This document shows positions 30,125 through 39,520 of a DNA stretch of 64,000 bases, in pieces. Source of the stretch: an uncultured Planctomycetota bacterium (lineage in GTDB: Bacteria; Planctomycetota; Planctomycetia; Isosphaerales; Isosphaeraceae). Under the pieces are notes generated by a model. It made no database searches. It worked only from the letters and a program-made list of their open reading frames with translations, and was not told the DNA's origin. The position numbers and the translations under genes were made by a program. The stretch is from contig CAWGMQ010000008.1 of assembly GCA_963823665.1 (NCBI GenBank), positions 736,001-800,000 on the forward strand, written 5' to 3'. Within the stretch, counting starts at the first letter, position 1; every line of letters starts with the position of its first letter.

Positions 30125-30850
30125 ATGGGACGGATCTCTTCGTTGGTCTGTGCGGTCGTATGCGTCGCTTCAACCTCCGGTTGTGGCGGTCTGGGATGGT
30201 ATCGCGCAGCGGGCCATATCCCGGGTGTCGCCCCGACGGACTACGCGTTCTACAATTTCTGCGACGTGTCATCGCAGCTCTATCCGGCCGCGCCGTCGCA
30301 AATTGAATCCTCTGCGATCGAAGCCCTGGGCGACCTGGGCTTCCGGGTCGAGGAGCCACCGAAGCATCTGCCCGAGGGCGAGACGAAGATCTTCTGCAAG
30401 ACGCCCGACGGACGGCCAACCAAGATCACGATCACGCCCCAGAACGCGCTCACCAACGTCAAGGTTGCGATCGGCCCGGTTCATGTCGGCGACGAGGAGC
30501 TTTCACGCGACCTCTTACGGCGAATCTCTCTGAATTTCGGTACAATCATGCGAGCTTACACGCCGATTGACACCACGCTTCCGAAGCGCTTGAACTCGTC
30601 GCGGTTCGTTCCGTCCGCAGAGAGCGGCAATGCGCCAATCCAGTTGCAAGGAGAGGGCCTGCGGCCCAGCGAAAATCGCGACAAGGCCGCCGAGGAATCT
30701 GCACCGGCTGATCAGGAGTCGACGCCGGGGGCGGGCCTTCCTGCTGGCCTCCAAGGGTTAATGCCGGGGCCGGGCGCAGGCGGACAGGCCAATCCCAACT
30801 TCCAGTACGTACCGTTCCCGATCGCGCCAAACAACCCAGACGTTCCGTGA
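30125..30850 (+). CDS. Lipoprotein, DUF3568-like
   Basis: Lipobox-like TSGC; AIEALGDLGF..KTPDGR..VKVAIG..GDEELSRDLLRRI; Pro-rich tail. Confidence 0.7.
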   Translation: MGRISSLVCAVVCVASTSGCGGLGWYRAAGHIPGVAPTDYAFYNFCDVSSQLYPAAPSQIESSAIEALGDLGFRVEEPPKHLPEGETKIFCKTPDGRPTKITITPQNALTNVKVAIGPVHVGDEELSRDLLRRISLNFGTIMRAYTPIDTTLPKRLNSSRFVPSAESGNAPIQLQGEGLRPSENRDKAAEESAPADQESTPGAGLPAGLQGLMPGPGAGGQANPNFQYVPFPIAPNNPDVP

Positions 30851-30899
30851 CGTGCAGCCCATGGCAGTCGTCTCGATCAAGACGAGCAGGATTTCGCTT

Positions 30900-31956
30900 A
30901 TGTCCAGGCCAGGTCGGTGCCGGCACAGGAGGATCGATCGGCGGCTTCGCCCCGTACTCGCCGCCAGCGGCGTGGAAGGGGTCGTGCCGCTGGAGCCTCG
31001 TCTGCTGCTGAGCGCATCGATTGAGCCCGCTGGAAGCGCCGCTCAAATCAGAGATTTGGCCCGCCACACGCCTCATCACGCAAAGGCCGCCCATCCACCG
31101 AAGCGGCTCACGCCGGCCCAGGAAATCAACGCCCAGTACGCCATTTTCACTGCGGGGTTTGCCAAGACACTCAACGACTACGTCAATTCGATCAACGAGG
31201 AATCCACGAACGACGTCTCGGTGCAAGCAACGGTCACGGCCGTTTACACGCCGCCATCGGCAGTTATCCAGGTTGACAACGCCTCTGTGTTTGGACCCGC
31301 GGGAGTCTTTTCGCCGCAAGTGACCGCCAACGCGATCATCGGCACCGTTTCCCTTGGTCAGTTCACGCTCTCGGGCAGCTCGGGGAACCTGCTGATTGTC
31401 AACACCTCGATGTCGCCAAGCGTCGAGTTGCCGGTTGGCACCCTGCTCACTGCCAGCGTTCCCACGACGGCGCAAAGCAGCGCGGCATCGATCTTTCCCA
31501 GCTACATCACGGACAGCACGATCCAGATGGCTATCAACCTCGTGCGCGTACTTCAACAGCCTTCCGATCAAGCTCCCGCCCGAGAACGCGCCACCGCATA
31601 CGCCCGTACAGCGCGGTGCGATCCAGACGTTCGTGTATGACAGCATCGCCGGCTTGAAGGGGACGAGCCTCTACCAGTATACGAACGGCAACTCACCGCC
31701 GAGCCTGCAACAGTTGCTCCTGGAAATCCCCTTGCCCACGACCGCCGGCTCCGATTTGCAGATTTACAAAGCGGCGGTCATGAGTGCCATCGCCGAGTCA
31801 CATCAGCAGCTCAATGATGCCATCACGCAGATCTTCAATCGCTCGTTGCTGGTCAGCGCGCAGCCTCCGGCAAATCGGCTCGGCGAAAACTTCAATTCGA
31901 GCACCGGGTCATCCACCAGCGGCTCGTCAGGCTCCTCGAGCACCTCTTCCTCCTGA
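30900..31956 (+). CDS. LEPRxLL-leader extracellular protein (one indel near 31545)
   Basis: Basic leader, then LEPRLLLS (30990-31013); the two ORF-track pieces join as ..MAINLV/AYFNSLPIKLP..; Ser-rich tail. Confidence 0.75.
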
Positions 31957-32242
31957 TCCGCCACGTCCACCTGACGCTTTACCGGACCGACGTGGTCGAC
32001 TCGCTGTCGCGCTTACGCCGGGCACGCATAGACCGAGGCGGCATTGCCCAGCTTACCTAAGCGGCATCCCCGGAATAATCCTTAAGTTGGAACCACCGCG
32101 AATCCGAAAAAGTAAACGGTTTCCCCGATCAAGAGATCGTGCGCGAGGCTCTTCTTCGGGGGCGTTCGATGACGAACTCCTGGTTGATTCCCGGGGTTTG
32201 GTCCAGCTCGATTCTGGGTAACCTGGTCAATACCTGCGAGGC

Positions 32243-35154
32243 ATGTTTGCTTTGATGCGAACCGTTGGGGCGGGAATCAAGCTGATCGCTCTCTTGCTCG
32301 GGCTCACGCCGATCGTCCGCGCCCAGGACGCGAGCCCCGAGGTATCGAGGGCCGGGTTCGAGCTGGTGCCCGCGCCCCCGGTGCAGACTGCCCCGAGCCA
32401 GGCCCGCACCGGCGGCCAGGCGCAGCCGGAAACGGCTGGGCGGCCCGTGGCCAACCCTCCGCAGCCCGGAGGCGGACTCGGCCGTCAGCCGGCCCGCCCT
32501 GCCGCAAACGCCGCCCCACCCGAGCAGCAGATTCAGTTTGATCGGAACGGCCTGGTGACAATGCACGTCAACGAGCTCGACGTCCGTCAGTTGCTCGAGC
32601 TCCTCAGCCGTCGCAGCGGACTGAATATCCTGGTCTCGCCCAGGGTGAGCGGCACCATCACCGCCAACTTCGAGAACACCAAGGTGGATCAGGTGCTCAA
32701 GGCGGTGATCAAGCTGGCTGGTCTCATTGAGAAGACGGAAGGATCGATTCACTTTCTCTACACCAGAGGCGAGATCGACGACGACGCGGAGATCACCAAA
32801 CGCGAGAAGATCATGACGAGGGTCTACCGGCTCAATTACGTCCGCTCTGACGAGCTTCTCAATATGATCAGGCCGTTCTTGAGCCCCGACGTCGGCCAGA
32901 AGCGGGTCGCCGTCACACCCTCGTACCGGTTCGGCATCGGCGAATCGGCGACCTTTGTCTCCGGAGGGGCTGGAGCGGCATCGGCCGGAGGCGGCGGGGC
33001 CAGCAGCGCGAACACCGGCGGGCCGACCAACCAGGGTGCATCCGGCGGCGGCGCGACCGTGGGGGGTTATCAACCGCCAACCGGCGGAAACTCGATGTCC
33101 GACAGCGACCTGCTCATCATCCAGGATTATGAATCCAACCTGAAAATCATTGACCAGATCATCAAGCGTGTCGACGTTCGGCCCGTCCAGGTGTTGATCG
33201 AGGCCGTCATCATCAGCGTCGACCTCGAGCGAGCCCGCCAGCTCGGCGTCAACTTCGCGCTCGTCGATAACCTCGGGACCGCGCTCGGCGAAATCGGCAG
33301 CGGCACGTCCCTCAACAACAACGTCGGCTTTAACCCCACCTCACTACTGACGACCGCCGGCAAGATCGCCGGCGTAGCCGCCGATCCGACGGGGCTTGCA
33401 TCCGCGGTCGGCGGCGCCAAGTTCGGCTTCGTCGCCAATAACGTCACGGGCTTCATCCAGGCACTTGAGACAATCGGCAGCACCAAGATCCTGGCCAGCC
33501 CCAGGATCCTCGTACTCAACAAGCAACGCGCCGAAATCCAGCTCGGCAGCCGCCTGGGATTCCAGACCTTCTCCCAGAACTTCACCAGCACGATCCAGCA
33601 GGTTCAGTTCCTGAACACGGGCACTCTGCTCCGGATCCGACCGTTCATTTCCCGGGATGGAATGATCCGGATGGAAATTCACCCTGAGCGCAGCTCGGGC
33701 TCGGTCACCAACAACATTCCCAACCAGCAAACCGCCGAGCTCACGACCAACGTCATGGTTCCCGACGGCGCGACACTCGTGATCGGCGGATTGATGGAAG
33801 ACGAAGACGACTATCAGCTTCAAGGGCTGCCCGGCCTGGCGCGCATCCCCGCGCTCGGCTTCCTCTTCGGATTCCGCCAGAAGAACGAAGGCCGCCGCGA
33901 GCTGGTCGTGCTGCTGACCCCGCATATCTGGTCGCCAGACGTTGCAATGGCATACAAGGTCGATCCCAACCTCGACGGGAACGAACCCGATGCGCCCCCA
34001 GCCGCGGAGCGCGGCTCCAAGGGCGATGGCTCGCCGAGCCCGGTCCCCGCCGTCGCGCCATTGCCAGGCGGAGACTCCACCGGCACCGCGCCGCCAACCG
34101 CTGGCGCCGACGTCGCCCTGGTTACCGATGCGCCCACACCGGTGGCTCCAAACGCGCCTGGCTCCCGCCCAGCGGCTCGCACGGCTTCAGCCGCAGCGCC
34201 TCCTCCGGACCAGCGGACGCAGGATTCACGCCCGCCCAGAAAAGGCGTCCTGAGCTCGTTCTGGCAGAGGATCACAGGGCACGACGACACGTCCCATCGC
34301 GACCTACCCCGCCAGCGCACCGCAACCGCCGGCACCGGCTCGGCACTGATTCACGTGGCGGCGACCCGAATCCGATCACGGCGGAACCCGATCGCTCGCC
34401 CGCAAGCGCCGAAACTCAGGCGACCACCACACCTGAACCGGGCCCCCCGGCCCAGACGGCTGTGCCCGTCGCTCAGACCGGCCCAGATTCCGCGGCCCGC
34501 CTCGGTATGAGACGCCAGGATAACCGCGTCATTCGTACGTCGGCCGAGTCGCGGCCCCCGACAACAACAATGGTTGAATCTCCTCCAGTTTCTAATCGGA
34601 CCGCCGCAGGCGGGCCCAGTCGGCACACTGTCGGCGAAGGCGAAACCTTCGCGTCGATCGCCCAGTCCTACTACGGCTCGACGCGGTATGACACGGCGCT
34701 CTGGTGGCTCAACCGGCGCCAGGTGAACTGGCCCGACCAGCTCGCTCCCGGAGACAGCCTGATCATCCCGTCAGCTCGCGAAATCAAGTCGACCCTCGAC
34801 CAGATCGGCGGCGGACGCAGCGCAGGATCGGCGGGCCGGCCCAATCCGCCCGCTAAAATCAATCCGGACCGCGCACAACCGAACGCCCGTGAGCCCAAGG
34901 CGACCACGGCCCCGCGTTCGGATGCGACTCGCGGCCAGGCCGAGCGCGCCCGCTCTGCCGAATTTCCACCTTCATCGCAGGAGGGCGGCTGGGTGCCCGC
35001 GCAGCAGGCGCGCAATTCGCAACAACCAGCCGGCTGGATGCCCGTGCAGCCGGCGCGAACGGCGCGGAGCCGCGCTCCAGCTACGGCGCCGGATCGGACG
35101 AACGATCAGCAGCCGCGCCGCTCTTCGGAACCAGTCGAAAACTCACCGGAATAA
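32243..35154 (+). CDS. Secretin (PilQ/GspD family), probably fused to a C-terminal LysM domain (one indel near 34294)
   Basis: N0/N3 domains, VQVLIEAVI, ILASPRILVLNKQRAEI, TTNVMVPDGATLVIGGL, LPGLARIPALGFLF, ELVVLLTPHI; downstream frame has HTVGEGETFASIAQSYYGS..LAPGDSLIIP. Confidence 0.88.
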
Positions 35155-35581
35155 CGAAACGCCTCGTGTCGTGGTAAATGAGCGATGCCGTCTCGGCAAT
35201 GCCGACAAAAGACCAGAACACGGCCAGCCGGATGAGCACGCCGATCGCGCCGGTTTGTTCCCAGACGTCTGCGCTCGAAAGGGCGATCCAACCGAGATAA
35301 ACGCCGGCGAACATGAGGCCCGTCGCGAGCTCGATCGCAGGGTAACGCGGCGAAATCGCCCCCTCGCAGACGCGGCAGCGACCACGCAGTATCAGCCAGC
35401 CGATGACTGGGAAATTATCACGCGCCGCAATCGACGAACGGCAGCGCGGACATCGCGACCTCGGCCGCAGAACGCTCAGGCCTCTCGGAACGCGATAAAC
35501 ACATACGTTGACAAAACTGCCTACCGCGCTGCCGATCACCAGAAACAGCAAGGCAAGTACGGCATGATGCCCGTAGCCCAT
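35081..35581 (-). CDS. Prepilin peptidase N-terminal (Cys4) domain only; PilD-like but truncated
   Basis: GSFVNVCVYRVP, RSRCPRC, DNFPVIGWLILRGRCRVC, ISPRYPAIEL; no GxGD motif before the stop. Confidence 0.85.
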   Translation of the reverse strand: MGYGHHAVLALLFLVIGSAVGSFVNVCVYRVPRGLSVLRPRSRCPRCRSSIAARDNFPVIGWLILRGRCRVCEGAISPRYPAIELATGLMFAGVYLGWIALSSADVWEQTGAIGVLIRLAVFWSFVGIAETASLIYHDTRRFVIPVSFRLVPKSGAAADRSSDPAP

Positions 35582-36033
35582 TTAATCATGCTCCACTGGT
35601 AGAAGAGCAAGGTCAGGTAGAGCCCGATGAAGGCCGGAAACAAGAACCCCACGCGAAATCGGGTTCCAAATAGCCGGTAATTCTTGAACACGAGCAGGAA
35701 TGGAAGACCAGCGGCCGTCAGCACGTACTTGCCCGCGAAGAATGCGTTTCGACTTCGCGCAAGTAGATAGGCCATGAACGGATTGACTTCCTCGCTTTGG
35801 GAATCCAGCAGCTCGACCGTCAAGATGCCGTCGGCAATCGTCAGCACCAGGAGGCCCACGATCATCGCCAGAGTCGTCACGCTGAACCGGTCGACAAAGT
35901 AAGTCTCCGCACGCTCCTCGCTGCGCCTCGGCACTTCACGCCTGCCTCTGCCGCGGAGCGCATCGATCGGACTGGTCGGCCGCTGCCGACGGTCACCCTG
36001 CCCACGCTCGCCGCGACCTTCTTCGTGGTTCAT
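35536..36033 (-). CDS. DUF5658-like small membrane protein
   Basis: DRRQRPT..YFVDR, LTIADGILT, EEVNPFM, K in TM2. Confidence 0.7.
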   Translation of the reverse strand: MNHEEGRGERGQGDRRQRPTSPIDALRGRGRREVPRRSEERAETYFVDRFSVTTLAMIVGLLVLTIADGILTVELLDSQSEEVNPFMAYLLARSRNAFFAGKYVLTAAGLPFLLVFKNYRLFGTRFRVGFLFPAFIGLYLTLLFYQWSMIKWATGIMPYLPCCFW

Positions 36034-36042
36034 GAATTCCGA

Positions 36043-37851
36043 TCAGCCCTCTTCGGCCATGGTCACGCTGAGCGCGGCCTCCAGGCTGGTCAGCCCCTGC
36101 CGCACCTTGTCGAGCGCGCTGTCGAAGAGCATCTTCATTCCCTCCTCGCGCGCCGCCTTGCGAAGCTGGTCGAGGGGCGCGCGCTTCTGGATGAGCTGGG
36201 TCAGTCTGGGCGTGATCCGCACCACCTCGAACACGCCGACCCGTCCGCGATAACCCATCCGCCGGCATTGCAGGCAGCCCTTGGGCCGATAAAACGTCTC
36301 GCCCGGAACCAGCCGGTGCTGCTCGGCGAGCTCTGCGCTGATCTCGTAGGGCTCCTTGCAGTTGGGACAGAGCCGCCGGACCAGCCGCTGGGCCTCGAGC
36401 ACACGGAGCGCACACGCCAGCAGAAACGGCTCGATACCCATGTCTTGAAGCCGCGTGATCGCGGAAAGTGCGTCATTGGTGTGGATCGTCGAGAGCACGA
36501 AGTGGCCCGTGAGCGCAGCACGCAGACAGATCTCGGCTGTCTCCTGGTCGCGCACCTCGCCCACCATGATGATGTCCGGATCCTGCCTCAGGAACGCCCG
36601 CAGTGCCGACGAGAATGTGAGCCCCACCTGTGCCTTCACCTGAACCTGGTTCATCCCCTTGAACTTGTATTCGACCGGATCTTCAACCGTGCAAATATTC
36701 ACCTTCGCGTCGTTGAGCTGGTTCAGGCACGAATAGAGCGTCGTCGACTTCCCGCTCCCCGTCGGACCGGTCACAAGGGCCAGGCCGTACGGCGACTGGA
36801 TCGACTCGAGCAAGTCCCTGGACTGGCGCTCGTCGAGCCCCAGGCCCGTGAGCTCGAGTGGTATCGCTCCCTTGTCCAGAATTCGCATGACCATCTTTTC
36901 GCCGTACACCGTCGGAACTGTGTTCACGCGAAGATCGATTCGCTTATCACCGGTACGGAGAGCGATGGCACCGTCCTGGGGAATCCGTTTCTCGGCGATG
37001 TCCATCCTCGCCAGCACCTTGAGCCGGGAAACGATCATGATGAAGATGCTCTTCGACGGCGGCGGCAGCTCGTGCAACACGCCGTCGATGCGCAGCCGGA
37101 ACTTGCAGCCGTCCTCGAACGGCTCGAGGTGAATGTCGCTGGCACGGTTGCGAAGCGCCTGCTCGACGATCTGGTTGACCATCCGCACAATCCGCCCGTT
37201 GGAATCGGCCGGCGGCGCGAGATCCAGGTCGAGGATGTTCTCGTCATTTCCGTCACGATCTTCCTCGAGACCGGCGAAATCCTCGGTCCCCTCGCCGATG
37301 GCCTTGGTGTCGCGAGTCGAGCGATACAGCACGTCCAGCCGCGATTCCACCACCGACAAGGGCGCGATCAGCGGGTTGATCCGCAGACCCGTCATCAACT
37401 GCAGCTCGTCGACGACACCCATCTCCTCGGGCGACACGAACGCGACATCCAGCACGGTGTCGCGCACCGCCAGCGGACAGATCAGCCGATCGACGCACAA
37501 TTTTTCGGGCAGCAGACCCCCCAGCTCCTTGTCGACGGGGCAAGCCTCGACCGTACTGTTCACAACCGGCAGAAACAGGTCTTCCGCATAGACGCTGGCG
37601 ACCTCCTGCTCGGAAATGAAGCCACCCCGGATCAACACCACCTCGGACAACATTCCGGGCTTGGCCTTCTGAAGCGTCTGCTCGATCTCCTCCAGCCGCC
37701 GGGCGTCGAACCAGTTGCGCCGGGAGAGCAGCTCGAGAATCAGGGCGCAACACCGGTATCGCTCAAGACTTCCGCCATCAGCGAGCGCTCGCTCCGGGAG
37801 GATCTCGGGTTTCATCACGGTCGGGCCTGTCATGCCAAGTGTAGGTCTCAA
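36043..37851 (-). CDS. pilB: PilB/GspE assembly ATPase
   Basis: ASDIHLEP, MDIAEKRIPQDG, GPTGSGKST, TVEDPVE, LRQDPDIIMVGEVRD, TGH..STIHTND, CPNC..CLQC. Start may be 37833 or 37815. Confidence 0.95.
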   Translation of the reverse strand: MRPTLGMTGPTVMKPEILPERALADGGSLERYRCCALILELLSRRNWFDARRLEEIEQTLQKAKPGMLSEVVLIRGGFISEQEVASVYAEDLFLPVVNSTVEACPVDKELGGLLPEKLCVDRLICPLAVRDTVLDVAFVSPEEMGVVDELQLMTGLRINPLIAPLSVVESRLDVLYRSTRDTKAIGEGTEDFAGLEEDRDGNDENILDLDLAPPADSNGRIVRMVNQIVEQALRNRASDIHLEPFEDGCKFRLRIDGVLHELPPPSKSIFIMIVSRLKVLARMDIAEKRIPQDGAIALRTGDKRIDLRVNTVPTVYGEKMVMRILDKGAIPLELTGLGLDERQSRDLLESIQSPYGLALVTGPTGSGKSTTLYSCLNQLNDAKVNICTVEDPVEYKFKGMNQVQVKAQVGLTFSSALRAFLRQDPDIIMVGEVRDQETAEICLRAALTGHFVLSTIHTNDALSAITRLQDMGIEPFLLACALRVLEAQRLVRRLCPNCKEPYEISAELAEQHRLVPGETFYRPKGCLQCRRMGYRGRVGVFEVVRITPRLTQLIQKRAPLDQLRKAAREEGMKMLFDSALDKVRQGLTSLEAALSVTMAEEG

Positions 37852-37876
37852 ACCGCAGCCTCGCGTGATAGTCCGT

Positions 37877-39520
37877 TCATTTGCGCCAGATCTTGAGGAG
37901 CGATCCCGTGCCAGGCCGGAAGTTGTTGTCGATGACCCAGGCGTCGCGCTCGAGCACGTAGAGGCTGCCGTCGGGCGCGAACTGAAGATCGACGGGCCGG
38001 GCGAGCCCGGTTGCGAACGTCGCGACCTTCTCCGGGTGTTCCGGATCGAGGACCTTGATCCATCCCTTGACGAAATCGGCGAAGAAGTACCGGCCCCGAA
38101 ACGCCGCCGGGAAGCTGTGGGATGCGCTGCTCGGGCAAAACGCCGCCGCCGGCTATCGAGGCCACCGGGTAGTGGTGGATCGGCCCGCGAAACCGCGGCT
38201 CCTTTGTCGGGCCCTCGCTCGCCGGCCAGCCGTAGTTGGCGCCGGGAAAACCCTCGTTGATCTCCTCCCAGGCAGACTGCCCCACGTCATTGATGAAGAT
38301 CCGGCCCGTCTCCTGCTGCACGGCGAACGTGAACGGATTGCGCAGCCCGAGCGCCAGATCGCGCGGTACTTCCCGCGCGCCTTCTTGTAGAACGGATTGT
38401 CTTCCGGCATCGAGCCGTCGGCGTTCAGTCGCAGCAGCTTGCCGAGCAGAGAGTCCATCGCCTGAGCAGGAGCCCCGGCCGTTTGCTCGCCAAATGCGAT
38501 ATAGAGTTTTCCGTCCTTGCCGAAATGGATTGCTCCGCCTTGATGGCCGTTGGGAGTAACGCCGCCCATCTTTGTCTGGTCGTCGCCTTCGAGGAGGACT
38601 TTCTCGCTCCTCGGGTCGGCGATGTCTCCTCGTGCCGTGAAGCGGCTCAAGCGATGGTGAGGATAGGGCTCACGCAGGACGCAGTTGACGTAGACGTAGC
38701 TGTTGCTGGTGAACTGCGGGTCGATCGCGACGCCGATCACGCCGCGCTCCCAGGTGCTGTCGACCATGGCGGTCAGGAAGGGAGCATCGAGCAATCGGCC
38801 GCCTTTGACGATGCGGAGCGCGCCGGTTTGCTCGCACACGAAGACGCGGCCGTCGGGTGCGATCGCCATCGCCGTCGCGCCGGTGATTCCGCCGGTCACC
38901 CGCGTCCACGTGAATTCCTCGGGCAGCGTGATGGGACCGGTTGAGCGCAGGGATTCGAGGAAGGCGATCAGGTCGGCGAATTCCGCGGGTGAGATGCCCG
39001 TGGTGAGGCTCGAGGGCATGAGCGAGGTACCGTCGATCTTGCGGTTCTCGATATCGCCCGCCTTCACGCGCTGCATCTGCCCATCCGCGTCGATGAGCAC
39101 CAAGCCCGCGGCGGACTCGTCCCGGGCGATGCCGCTAAGAACTCGCCCGTCTCTGGTCGCGATGGTGGTGGTGCGGTAGCCCTCGACGATCTGGCGTGAG
39201 GGCTCGAGTATCGACTCGACGAGCAAGGGGCGATCAAACTTGCCGCCGATGTCGGAGAGGTCCGGGCCGATGTCGCCCCCCTGGCCGCGAGCGCGGTGGC
39301 AGCGTGAGCAGGCGAGGCGCTTGGGATCGCCGAAGAGGGCGCGGCCGCGGGCGGGGTCGCCGTGGTGGGTGGCAGCGTACCGCGCGTAATCAGCCGCGGT
39401 CGCCTGCCCGCCATCTTGCCCGCGGGCGGCCGCGACAATACTCAGAGCGGTCAACGTGACGGCGATCGCCAGCAACTTACCGACTCCAACGCGAGCTCGA
39501 CGTACACGCTCACGGCGCAA
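37877..39520 (-). CDS. Haem-c domain (PVC type) fused to PQQ glucose/sorbosone dehydrogenase-like propeller; indels near 38357 and 38148
   Basis: GDPARGRALF..CSRCH..IGPDLS..ESILEPS..SLMP; then HQGGAIHFGKDGKLY, GKLLRLNADGSMPEDNPF; after correction GLRNPF, DVG, WEEIN, NYGWP, YFFADF, PVDLQFAPDGSLYV. Start uncertain. Confidence 0.85.

Noticed and set aside
32089..32116. ECF-type promoter GGAACC-N17-GTAAA upstream of the secretin
   Set aside because: A single short match that could be chance; needs TSS data.
35797..37896. 699-aa plus-strand ORF and similar long antisense ORFs (6681-8390, 14729-16111, 19618-20856, 26800-27840)
   Set aside because: They mirror well-supported genes on the other strand, as expected from high-GC codon bias, and carry no motifs.
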